A stretch of 64,000 nucleotides of DNA, taken from assembly GCA_976226885.1 (NCBI GenBank), contig OZ320320.1, positions 37,076,001 to 37,140,000 of the forward strand, given 5' to 3'. Made by a program: the position numbers and the translations under genes. The notes under the pieces are model-generated. The model made no database searches. It saw nothing but the letters and a program-made list of their open reading frames with translations, and was not told where the DNA came from. Source of the stretch: Iphione sp. A-MEVVRFRX5 (taxonomy: Eukaryota). Below are positions 24,288-36,676 of this stretch, in pieces (position 1 is the first letter of the stretch; every line of letters begins with the position of its first letter).

Positions 24288-25576
24288 GTCCGGAGCTACG
24301 GGAAAACTAGCAAAATTTCCGGATGGCCTCCGTGCTCCGGACACGTTTTCCGTGTACATGGAACGCCGGCCTTAGAATATATGTTGCTTATACGCTGCTG
24401 TATACAACTGTGGCTAATAGAGAGGGGTGTGCCATTTGGAGTGTATAACACGGGGTAATAGTGTAGTAGCCGGTCTGCCTCAACTGAAAGCTGTAGTTGG
24501 GCGGGAACTGGGAGGCACTACGTCCCATATAAGGCAGACGCTCATATCCATCTCTCTCAGTCTCAATCCGTCATGTGCTTTCTTAATTATCGCCCAACCG
24601 CTTCGCCCTCACCTTTCCATTCGATCCTGATGTCTCTCGGTGTCTTTCCAGATGAGATTCAACCCGACCATTCCTATTGTTCGCCTTTCGTTTTCTCTTT
24701 GTTTCTTATTAGTAGCTGTCAGTCTGCGCTTCCCAAGGCTTTCTCAAGGAGTGCCTGGAATTATCAATGGATATCACTGCTTGTTTCTAGGCTTTTGTCT
24801 CCCCACTGTGTCGAATTTCAAAATCAACTAGGACAAGAGCTTCGTTCTTGATGTTCGCTTCATTTCCAATAAACATACTGTGTAGATGCCTTGGGGAGAA
24901 AAAAACGTCCTCTTAGGTTTAATTTCTCATTCCTCTTTTCAAGCAAGCAGTGTACAACATTCCCCTTTGTTGCAGCCGCGTTACAGGAGCAGGAAGAACA
25001 AGCTCGATCACGAAAAAAGGTAGTCTTCCCTGCGATAAACAAACAACTTCAGATGAGACCATCACGGAAGCCGACTCGTCGACGACAAAAAAAGTGCCCC
25101 CCAACAAACGACTCGAGGTGTTGTTGTGAGCGGCCATTGGAAGCAAGGCAAGGTTTCCATAGTAATGGCACGTCCCCTGACCTGCAGTGGACGTACGCCG
25201 CTGGGCCAGACGTGACAGAGCCACAACCAGCAGTGAGTGAGGCCCCATCTACGGCCGCACCTGCACTCATCATTCAAATACCGGCTACGCCAGCGGGCCA
25301 ATCGTTTCCGCAGCCCTCGCCTCCTTTCTGACACTTTTGCCCCGCGACTGGTTTTTGTCCTTCCCTGCTCGTGATCATCTAATTGCCCACACATCGTGTT
25401 AATGTTGTCTAGGGACCTGTCGTTAAAATTACCTAGCTGGATTCCTCTCCACTGGGTAGCCTCCGGAGAAACAACATAGCCGTGCTCTTTGCAGGACATC
25501 TACGTATTCAGGACACATTAACCAAGCTTATTTTATATGTAAGTCAATTAAAAATGCATAAGTGTTTATAACTTAC

Positions 25577-25615
25577 CCATGTCTTGATCTTGTTGACCTG
25601 TGCTGATACCAAAGT
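25577..25615 (-). CDS. sol-1: SOL-1-like CUB protein, exon 4 (39 nt inter-CUB linker DFGISTGQQDQDMV)
   Basis: Polypyrimidine + gtttacAG acceptor, atgg|GTAAGT donor, phase 1-1; (D/N)FGI.TG linker is what is expected between these two CUBs in SOL-1-like proteins. Confidence 0.85.
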
Positions 25616-26399
25616 CTGTAAACAACAAAGTAGGAGATGTGAAAATAGACTTTTAGGAGGAGGGGCAATTAAACAAAGGCTGAGTCAACATTTAATTTCT
25701 ACTGGCATTTGATATCTGGCGTAAATATCATTGTTCTCAAAAGGGATTGTTTACAAATGATTTTGGGCGAAAGAATATGGATCCGACTGTACCGAGATGA
25801 AGAAAACTCAAGAGGTACCAGGGAAGACCAACAGGACAGTTAGAGGTAAATGAGGAGGCTTAAAGAAAGGATTAACACAAGGCAGTGAGATACAGGACAG
25901 TAGTGGGACGTAGTAGATACATATATAAAGAGGACGCTATCTTGTCGGGGTCACACACCTAGAGACAGAAATATCATGATGGAAGTTCTAAAGAGACTGT
26001 GTGGGACTTGAAAAACCTAAGTCATCAATTCCTCCCGGGGAGTTTCCACCGAACATTTTACTGCGCCGTAGGAATGCTGTGTCAGCTTAAGCGAACATTG
26101 GCCTGCGATCACGAAGCAATAACCTTGTTTTTTTCTAAGCAAATGTTGAGCCGTCTGATAATCCAAGAAGGTATATCAGATTTGAAGCACCAGACTTAAA
26201 TATTAGAGACACAAGTCCTCCAAATGTCACCGCCTTATAGGCAAGGATTATTAATAGACTACGGGATCAAATGCTAGATGAAACTTCACTCCCACTATCA
26301 AAGAGGCATTAGCTGAAAAGGCTTAATGTGTACTATAAGTCTGATCTTTGCATGGTATGATACCACCGAGACGCAAACACAAGCATATATATGTGAGTA

Positions 26400-26640
26400 G
26401 CGGACTACAAATGAACCGTTTAGAAATCTGTCTATTTGCACTGCAGATTCTCCTTAAGAACAGGTTTGTGTGATTTACCAAAGTTGGCTCCAACACATAG
26501 CGCGGTGGCCTGATGGATGTAAATGTTTGATGGGCTAGCCAGTGGTAAAGGACCGTCTCCGGTTCCCGTAGGGCCCAATATGAAGGATACATTTGCCCCT
26601 GGAGTCTGCTTCGCCTTATCTGCTCCCAGAAGGTGAGGCT
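26400..26640 (-). mobile_element. Degenerate RTE-like LINE C-terminal fragment
   Basis: EQIRRSRLQ...EPETVLYHW...RPPRYVLEPTLVNHTNL...NRQISKRFI loosely matches the RTE tail pattern IR.RRL..GH...EP...VLW...GRP...Y.D.L..DTGL...DR..WR (recognition by eye). Confidence 0.4.
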
Positions 26641-26719
26641 CATGTCTAATGACTTGGCTTGGTTTCACGAGCTGATGTCCACTTGGGGACCAAGGCAATC
26701 TCAACCAAACTCATACTTA

Positions 26720-26960
26720 AAAAGAGGAGGGCATCAGAGAAAGAGAGAGAGAGAGAATACAAGAAGAAGAGAGGGGAAGAGCAATTGGGAAGAAAGGGAG
26801 AGAAGCACGGAGAGAGAGAAGATATAGAGAGAGGAAACATTGGGAGTGAAAGAGGAAGAGAAAGATGAGGATAAATAAGAGGGAGGAGAGAGAAAAAGAA
26901 GACGAGGGGGGTACAGGTCTGGAAGGACAGACTGGAGGAGAAAGACTGGGGTAGAACTAG
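26720..26960. repeat. GA-rich low-complexity tract
   Basis: Near-pure purine run on +. Confidence 0.8.
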
Positions 26961-28269
26961 AGACCAATGCAGATCAATGGCAAGGGGTGCGGGTCATGTT
27001 CCTAAAAACATTTTAAGAGTAGGTACCACACAAAGTGGCTCTGCTATGCGAGTTCCATATATATTGTAAATCTAATGGAAGGATAGTATTTCAAGAGGAA
27101 TCTGCTGACGTGTAGGACATTAACAGTTCAAGACTAGGAAGCCATAAAAAGTTTATGATCCAAGTCTACGCCTTCAAAGAAATAAAATGTTATAACACGC
27201 CACATCTACCTTCGAACATTAAACAAGTCGGAGCTTGACTGCTTTGGGCAAAAGACATACCAGTTATCACCAATTCCTCGTACATGTACCGTAGGCATTA
27301 TATTTTATACAGTGCGAAGTCAGTCGGACACAAGGAACACGTACTAAAATGTAGATGACAAATGTATCGTTATTGTCCACAATACTATGGAAGGACGTAT
27401 GAGAGATAATGTCTACTTTCCGTCCTTTTCATTCAAAGACACAACAGGCGGACGTTCAAGGAAAGACTATTCCTAGCACCCTCTACAGCTGTAGGTTTAA
27501 GATGATATGTGAGCTACGCAGAACAAAGCCATATCGTCAATATAATTCCTCGGAGTTCCGGCCTCTCCATGGGTCTGGCCAGATGACTGGTAGTTAGGTT
27601 GTATGGCTTGGGAGAAGTGTCGTCGCTCACAATAGAAGTATGAGGTTGGAGACAATGAATATCTTGTATACGGTGGGGAATCAAGACAGACACTCGCTAG
27701 GGGCCACCTGACAGTACTTACCTGGGCCTTCTATATTCAATCTTTTCTAACGCGATTTTCACATGTAGGTTTACAATATTTCGAAACGTTGGATAGGCAG
27801 AGTAATACTTATATCATGACAGTTGATATAGCATTGATAACAAAACATTTGTGATACAATCCTTATAGTTCATATATAAATGTAGGCCCTGAGTATGTAA
27901 ATCTATATTTTTGGATAATTTTACAACTATACCTATATTGTCCTGAACTTCTGTGTACATACTTGTGAGATTTACAGATGTATAGTCAAATAACCTTACT
28001 ATAATGTATTTTGACGATCTCCGATATGACCACACATCCGTTGATGTATTCCAATAACCACCGTTTAAACACTTTAATTCAACCCCCATACCAAGTCTTT
28101 ATTGAACCGCAGTAAACTTCAGTTATCCCCTCTTATACTATGACAGACCTACATAAACGTACTGTTGATGGGCCCACATTAACACACTGTTTTGATCAGT
28201 CCAGAGAAGCTAAAGTTTAAAAAAAACCTCAATGTATGACAAATACAGGAATGGTTGTGAGCTGCTCAC

Positions 28270-28460
28270 CTGTGACAAACTTGTATATGGCTTTGAATCC
28301 CTGGGCCGTTGTGGAGCCCGAGCGGCTCTGGAAGACGACCTCCATGCGGTTGTCGTTGGACATGAGCATGGGTGGCCTCTTACTTCCGCAGTAGACCCCG
28401 ATGTCGCGGGCATGGCCGCCGATGATCACGCTGGCCGTTACAGCATCAACGTCCTCACAA
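28270..28460 (-). CDS. sol-1: SOL-1-like CUB protein, exon 3 (second half of CUB domain A)
   Basis: CEDVDAVTASVIIGGHARDIGVYCGSKRPPMLMSNDNRMEVVFQSRSGSTTAQGFKAIYKFVT; cttccAG acceptor, g|GTGAGC donor; 191 nt, phases 2 and 1. Confidence 0.92.
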
Positions 28461-31400
28461 CTGGAAGGAGGGGAGAGAAAAAAAAACACCAAACGGTAGC
28501 ATGTTAGAGGATGGAGATAAATACATGTCTGGCCAAGCGATCTCTTATCATAAGGCAGTGAGACAGATTGCAATGGACTCCGTTTCTGGAGATTCTAGGC
28601 AGTTGAAGGGGATCTACATGAGGTGTGATGCACTGGGGATAAGATATGTTAGGATGTTCAGAGTTCTTTCCAGGGTTTTGGTTCACCATATCCATTCTGT
28701 GTCTTATCAACGAGTGCCCCACTCATTATCTGAAAATGTGTAGTGACCCTTATAATAAAAAGGGGGTAATGATATGGTTTTGCACACTAAACAGTGATTT
28801 GAATCTCTTGAAATTCTGGGTAGCTGCTGCTGAGTCACTAGTAGAAGTGTGATGCGGCAATGCTGGGACACGTGGTGTACTCAATGTCTTCCCTGAATCT
28901 TGTTTTTTTTTCATTCCATGGTTGAATTAAATATAAACCAGCATTTCTGTGCAATATTCTGATAAACTGTTCAAGTGTGAGGACGGCACATACATGTAGT
29001 TTTATTTTTTGTTGAATGGTCGTGCGAAGTACTGGAAGTCATTTTCCGCATTGCATTGATGGTGTGACAGTCCGTTTTTCAACTTTAATGCAGCATGCTA
29101 ATGTTCTAGAGACACAGTTTTCAGTGTGCTGTGTACATGTATATAAGTGAAGTGTATTAGCTAATTTGAAATGTAAGTACAAAGGGCGAGAAAAAATAAG
29201 ACGATGCATTTGGAAAAAGAATCACGAACATTAAACCGGCACGTAACGTAGACCAAAGATCACCGAATACTGATTTTGCAAACAAACATATAGGACATAC
29301 AAAAAAGACTGTAGTAAAGATAATTATTATGGTTATTAAACGTACAGCCGTTAAACGTAAAGGTATCTAAGGAAGTAAAAGGCATTTGGCATGTTAGATA
29401 TTCAAGCCAGGAGGGAAAAAGACAATCTTGACATATTGGAAGCTTAGTGAATGGAGTGCATGTACATGTATGTACAGTTTCTCGGTTATGAAAACATCTT
29501 AGCTATGTACAATCGCTGACACAGCATAGGATTTGTGTATGAGTTAAGCGTACAGAGTATCGGCCTATTGTTAACTCCTAGTTTCCATTTTGTTGGTAAA
29601 AGGACCTTAAAACTTCGACGCTGGCGACACTGCTGTATTCATGGAATATTTTACGTTGATAAAAAAGAGCAGTTCAGATGTCAACAGTATTTCGTCGAGC
29701 AGTGTTTTAGGCAGCACTTTTAGGGCAGACCTTCGAATTTAAGTCGAAGGGCGATTTCGATTTATCTATTCAAATGGTATTCATTTATTCGGAGTTCGAC
29801 GGCCAAAATCACAATCGCATATCACAGAATATGCAAAGGAGACTTATTAATATTTACAGCAGTTTCATGAGGTTTTAAGGCCGGTTTTCAAAGTGCGCAT
29901 TACATGGCCAGAACCAGTACAAAAGAAAGGAATTTGCGAAGTTATTTCTTAGAAAGAGGCTTGCCGAATCCATAGTAGAGGGACACGTAGGATTTATCAG
30001 GTATCTTCAAATATGGCTGTTTTGAATTTGAAAAGGGGCAGAATCCCCTTCATAGACATAAGTTTCAAAGAGTGAACAGTAGGCAATGTAGGAAGACATT
30101 ATATGTTGGTGTGGGAACTGCCTTGACCAACTCCAAACGCCTCACCTGTACGAGAGGAGGGTTAGTGCATATTCAAGCACGAGAACAGGTCCGTAAAACG
30201 ACTCATGTGTTGTTTTCCTTAGTCAGTTTCATACTATGTGAGGAACAAGGGATAGACGAATGTCGGAAGAGGGGCCATGCATCGTCTCACAGTCAGCAGA
30301 AATTCGAGAAATAGATTAATTTTGAAAGCACACGTGAAAGGGGAACCCCTTATTCAGGATAAAATAACAAACACCTTCACATCTTAACAATAGTTGAGAA
30401 TAAACCGAGAGAGTTATGGGAGAGCAGGGTGGGACATCAGAGAATTCAGCAATCTGATAGGATGGGCCTCTACATGCATATAGTAGCATAGCACACTTTA
30501 GTATTAATGTGCCAGCCATTAGAATCTTAATGTGTTAAGAGTGAATACAAGTGTTAAATCATTTTCATTAAGCTGGTGTTTATTGTAGTATCCGGATAAT
30601 CTACGCGGTTAGAAATCAAGAATGTTTGTCTTTTCATGTAAACATCCCTAAATTGTTTTTATTCGGTCTTTGCTGCTAGGAGACATAGATGTTGATTTTT
30701 TTTTGAAAACATCAATGCGTACAAACCCTCTTTAAAAATAAATGCTTGTTCAATTCTCTTTTTCAGTGCGAATAGAATTACAACTCCAATTAACAAAAAC
30801 TGCGAATTGTGCATCAAGAGCAGAACGCAGTTAAGGAGGAAGACATTTCCAAAGCAAGCCTGTCTCCCCTTTTTAAACGTTTCTACAATGTTCTCAAAGC
30901 AAACATTCTCTGGATCATCCTAAACCAATAGCCCTAGGTAAATAATCCTGAAAACCCTAGCCATATAAGCTACCTACCATAGAATCTCAGAGGCAGCAAA
31001 AGTTATTTTGTTTTGTTTTTGTTTTCAGAGGTGTGTGCACAACGCACCCCACCTTAAATAGAAAGTTGACGTAATGGGGACCCAGCCTTCAATTTCAAAC
31101 AGTTATCGGTCCGTCGGTCACATGCACATGGGGATTGCCCCATGTGCGACGCTACGGTGCAGAAGTACTACTAAGAGCTACATCAGGAACCAGTGGGGGA
31201 ACTACAACGTCTCCAGGGATGCGTTCAGGGTGACTAGATATGTGAAAGAAAACTAGGAGGTTTATCTCCTACATGCATATCAATGTGGGTGGTAACCCTC
31301 CATCGTCTACCTCTTGGTGTATTCGCCCATAGCTCTGCTTGCATTTCTACTACAAGCTGCTGATACGGCCTGCTGGATCGCAAGAACCCTTGCTGAATGT

Positions 31401-34249
31401 CACTACTGATCTGTATGCCATCCCCTCAGAGGTGGAGTGACAGAGAGAGAATGGTTGCATGCGTAGGGGATCAGACTAGGTTAAGTAGGCGCGAGAATAG
31501 TGTATAGTGCACAGTTGATGGCTTACTCTGAGTTAAAAGTCTAGAGATGTAGTCGGAAGAAAAGCATCGACTCCCGCCACCTCAAACAGAATTAATTCTA
31601 CGATGGTGTTAAGGGATATAATGCAAAGGACCTATAAATAGAAGAAGAAAAGGCACAAAAGGGAGTGGTGGGGAGGGAGGAAGAGTGTTCACTGGAATGA
31701 AATCTCGGAGGACTGACAAAACTTACTCCACCCAAGAACATTCAGGCTAAACGAATCTTCAGTCAATCCAGACCTCGCATGCATAAGAAAAGAGCTTAGG
31801 AAAAGGGTTTCTGAAGAGGCTTCTCGGTGGTTCATCATCCTTACACATGCTAAAAGACTCGAAGGAACAGGCAAGTAAAAAGGTGCACCAACAATTCAGG
31901 TTGGATGAAAAAATTTGCCGGTCAAAGAAACAATCAGTAGAAAAATATTGAAAAAGTATAGATAGCGCCGGTTAAATGTGCAAAGGATGAAACAGAGGCT
32001 TGTTTACTTACAGGTCTGGGGACAAATCTTGGGACACTCTTTAAAAGTTGGAGGACATCAAACGAATAGTATCATTACATGGACACCAGGCTTCATCACA
32101 CTCGTACACATACACATGCGTCGTTTAACTCAATAAAACTAGCACTAAATCGGTATTACAAATCATAACAGGCCATTTAACAGGCCATCGTCAGCAATTA
32201 TGCGGATATAATTTCAACTTCTTTTTGACGAGGCCTGGAAGCTGGAGATTTGATTACCGGATGAAATGTTTGCAAAAGGTTCACCCAGAGATCATCATCA
32301 GCAGAGGGAAAATCTTTTGAAATGTTCTTGATAGATTCAAACAGATACTTCCTCAAAAAATGCAAAATTCTCCGATCAAAAGGGTTGATACTTGGTATCA
32401 TATACGATGAAATAGTATGGTAGCAAAAACATTGATATAAACAATTTGAATAAAATTTCTTAAATAGACAAAGGATAAGGGAACCGAAAGAACCTACCGG
32501 ATGGGCAAACGGGCCCCACATATCAACAAAGGTGAAGTCTTTCTTTCAATTATAACGATTGTTGAGAGCTCTTTAAAAAACGAACTTATGACTGCCGTGA
32601 GGACGAATTGTCCTTCATTCTTAGCATAATTCTGGAAGTGTTTCGTGAATCAAAGGCATTTATTGAAAAAAGATATAAGAACTGATACTTGAACTGTTAA
32701 TACAAAATGATAAAGGAAGACACGGAATATCTATCTCTTACAATCCAACTCATTTGAAATAATACCAAAAATATTTGGTAAGTCAAACGATTCGGGCTCC
32801 TAGAGTTGTCCGTAGCATTAGCCTAACGTGGGTGAAAGACATTCCTATATCATAACCATCTGCTCCTTAAATATCATCTTCAACAATATTTCTTTTAAAG
32901 AGCTGCAACATTTGACAGCTACAGCTGGAGGCACTCGACCAAGCCAGTCAGTCAGTTTGACTGCATATATAAGTGGCTGGAACGGAGGAAGTTAATCAAT
33001 CCAAAACACATAGAAATTTGTGTGAAATTTTGTCGCAAGATCGAAAGTGGACTTCATTTAAACCCACGGATTCTCCTTGCCAAAGCATTGATGGCTTCAG
33101 TATAAACCTGAATAGCTGTATGCGTGCCCTCCACAAGGTGCACCCGAAAGATCGATCAATCACCACACAGTCTGCTTACTGTAGCCATCAAAAAGAATCC
33201 AAGGACAATCTCACTCGGGATGTCTGCTGGGGTGCCAGATTAAGTGGAATAAAAGGCAATGCAATGTATGAGAAACTCTGGCTTCACGTCCCTCTGTGAT
33301 ATCTTACAAAAACGTCTTGTCAGCACGACTCCTACCGATGAGGGGGATATTAAATGATGTCTTGGGAAAGACATCATATGTCAGTTGCTTGAAACTCCAT
33401 GCTCCACCTGGATAAGTTTAAGTTAAAAGCGGGGAGATAATGGACAAACTCCATCCATATCTTCATAGTTTAGGGTTTCTCTATGATATCGTGTCAGTAA
33501 TTCGGTTCTTCATGTACGTTTAATCTAAATACCAGTAGCTAGGTAGACGTTGCATTGAAATCTTGCGCATAAAAGCATTCACGACCATTTTAATTAAACT
33601 ACTAGCGTGCTATGTGATTCTTGTATAAGGAATATATTGGAAGTACCCTTGAGGTATATGTATAGCACAATGTCTAAGCAGACTTCCGATGTCACCAAGG
33701 GACATCCGTACCGCAACACAAATTAGATTATTATCGATAACTATATGGAGCCGAAGGAATCTCGTGGGAGAGACATGCATATTATCTGGACATTCCCCTG
33801 GCAGTCTCCGACTACTCGCTACACCAAGAACAATAGCAAGTAGTCGGGGTGAAAAATATGGAGTCGGCTGAGTCGGTGGGCTTTGGAGGAGGTGGGTGGG
33901 GAGGAGTCGGGCCAACTGGAGCTGGGCCGGAGCTGGGGGAAGCCGGGAGGTTGTGGGGAGGGAGAGGATGGCTATGGATCATAAGAAGGGACTTAATGCG
34001 AGTCGACAGCTTCCATCTGGCCAAAGACTGGCTCGTCTCTGGCTATCAACGTCTTATCGGAGCTGTCAGTACGGGGGACATATATTACATTATCAAATGT
34101 AACCCCGTCGAGGGCTGCGCGGCCACACCGTTAAGTGGTGACCACGGCGCGCGGGAAATAAGGAGCACCGCAGCGTATAATGTTATAACTACGACATGAT
34201 TGTGATCAACGGTTGTGGCTGAGTAGATCTTGGGGTGTGTGCTTGTATG

Positions 34250-35640
34250 TGCGTTAGAATGAATGAGAGAGACGTGAGTGTATTCGTTGAGGATGGGGGT
34301 GGAAGAGAACTGTAAAGAGGAAGAAATACGGAGGAAAGAGAGAAAGAGACGACTGGAGGAGTGAAAGCAGATACAGTTGAGAATAGCAACGAGGAGAGCT
34401 GGCATGGCGACCTGAAAGGAAAGCATATAGACTGGGACGGACGCGGAAACAAACAAAGATATGGCAGGATTCAGGAAAGAGAATAACTGGAGAAATGTAG
34501 AGATAGAGATAGAGAGAGATAGAGAGAGGAAGAGAGGAGGAGAGAGTAAGGAGGAAAGAGAGGGACGTTTGGCATTTTTAAAGGGAAAGCATGACTTGAG
34601 ATTAGCCTCATTGGATAGCATCTGATCTGTCGGTTTCCTGATGAGCAAAAGCCACAATTAGCTACACCACAGAGACAACGCCACTGATGGGCCTGTCTCT
34701 GATAAGGATAATTACAGTTACATGGAGAGTTGTTAATTAAGTTTATACTTGTTTTGTAGAGCTTCCCAGGCTAGCAGTCACTCCAGATGGCACCAGAAGA
34801 AAGCATCGGCAAGGAAGGAAGTGTCAGCGAGGTGATATCAGATAAAGTAATATCAAGAATGGGAGAAACAGTGACAATAAGGGGAAAGGAGTGTACCTGT
34901 ACAAGAGTACAATACACCGTATGCAGACGTGGCATAAGAAAGGATAAGAAGGTAGATGAAAAACACATGCGAATAAAAGATGAAGGGGGAACGGAGAAAA
35001 ACTATTTACTAGAGCATTGCCTATTCTATGGAGGTTAAAATAGGCGAGTAATAAGAAGATAAAAATAGAAAGATGAAGAAGACGAAGGAACGGAGAGGAC
35101 AAGAGAATAAAACAACAATTCATAAGTCAGTTATGGGACAGCACAGACATAGTAGAAACTTGAAGAGTCATTTGGAGCCAGACAGATATGGTGATCTAGT
35201 GACATGGTGGTATCCTGAGGAGTGAGGGGGAAAACATTAGAAGGGGTTCCAAGACAAGAGATGAAGAAGTAGGAGGTATCCAAGAGGTGTAACTGAAAGG
35301 TAAAACAGGAGATTAGGTTATGAGAAGTCAGATGAATACATAAATAGACGGAAGACAGAGGAAGTGTGAGAGAGAAGGGCAGAGGGGGACAACAAATACT
35401 TCTAAATTGATTGGAGGGGGAAGTAAAGAGGTAATAGAAATACAAGATAAAGGCAGAAAAGAGTTAAGTGGAATGAAGGAAAGTAAGCGAGATAAAAAGC
35501 GAAAAAGGGAAAAGGAGCGGTAGATTGAAAGGGAAACAGTGAGAGAGAGAGAGAGAGAGAGACATACACAGAGACAGAGACAGAGACAGAGACAAAGAGG
35601 GAGGACAGTGACATGGGTAGAGGAAGTAAAAGACACGCTC
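34250..35640. repeat. Long GA-rich low-complexity region with (GA)n and (GAGACA)n microsatellites
   Basis: Purine-dominated + strand; gagagagagagagagagagagacatacacagagacagagacagagacagagac at ~35540-35595. Confidence 0.8.
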
Positions 35641-36480
35641 TTTTGTTACACTCTGGGACACGGCGCCAACTTGTACACCATCACCTGTGCAGACTAGAGT
35701 CTGCTCTGTCGTCGATAATTAACCTTCAGTGACACCAGGTTGGCAGCAGAGGGGTCGGACGGAATACCAACGTGATCAGTCTGCCACTCTACCACCCACA
35801 ACAGAAAGGAGGCATTGTCCAGAACTGCGTGCAGGACTCCTTCACCGAACTTGTCTACAACTCTCACCTTTAGTAGAAAAGGTCTTAAGGACCAAGTGAT
35901 GTTACCTTTGGAGAAACCTCAGGTTCAAGTCACGGACGAACCCGCATATGCAAAATCAGTGAGGAAAATGCAACCAATATAAATAACACAGTCTATGATT
36001 GTCTGTAGAACCGAGTGGATTTGCGTTATAAAGGTTACAATATAGTATTGATGCAGATATAAGCTGGAAGGCATTCACCCTATTGCAGTACTGACAATGT
36101 AAAATATAGGTAACAGGGTCGCAGAGAGCTATGTTCGTCTCAGGGAACCGTACATGCCGTATAGTAAAGGGAGCAGGAGAGGGCGGGGCGAGGATCGAGT
36201 TGCCAAGCATATGAGCAACAGGTGGGCATCTCATCGGATTCGTATGAAATGGGTAGGTAGGGTCTGTCTACAAGAACTATAGTAAGGATGCCTCGTATGA
36301 ACTCATTCACAGTTGATGCGGGCGACAGACGGTATGGAATACAAACCTGTGTGAAAACTTGAGGCTTCCTTCTCCAATATGAAATGTGAACGCGTAAACT
36401 GGGCCTCCTACCTTCTCGTCAACTGGCCTTGGTAAACGTGCAAACCGTTTGCAAGTAAGAAAGTCGTGTAGGGTACTTAC

Positions 36481-36676
36481 TCATAAGGGTCCTTGGGATC
36501 ACCGGAAGGATAATTTAGGTCAAGCTCGGTAAAGATGATTTGAACCCGCTCTCGCCCGGAGCCGTGGAACGAGTAACGACATTGGAAGTCGCTCGGGTAG
36601 GGGTTGGGAAAGTGGGGACTACTGAACGTCCCATTCTTCGACTGAGAACTGCCGAAGTCGTGTAAGCAGTCTGTCA
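36481..36676 (-). CDS. sol-1: SOL-1-like CUB protein, exon 2 (first half of CUB domain A)
   Basis: (V)TDCLHDFGSSQSKNGTFSSPHFPNPYPSDFQCRYSFHGSGRERVQIIFTELDL; KNG.FSSP..PNPYP...C.Y.F.G.G.ERVQI.F resembles CUB3 of SOL-1 family; gcttgcAG acceptor, ga|GTAAGT donor. Confidence 0.92.

Larger units (their letters stand above)
23708..24371. mobile_element. PIF/Harbinger-type non-autonomous DNA transposon (MITE-like), spans an assembly gap
   Basis: TTA at 23705-23707 and 24372-24374 (TSD); TIRs GGCTGGCTTTCCATGCACACGGAAA vs reverse of right end GGCCGGCGTTCCATGTACACGGAAA (22/25); subterminal TCCGGA repeats at both ends. TWA TSD and G-starting TIRs are typical of PIF/Harbinger. Confidence 0.75.

Noticed and set aside
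27716-27724. Perfect CAG|GTAAGT donor on - in intron 3 of the CUB gene
   Set aside because: No credible acceptor or coding exon upstream of it; exons 3 and 4 already join in phase.
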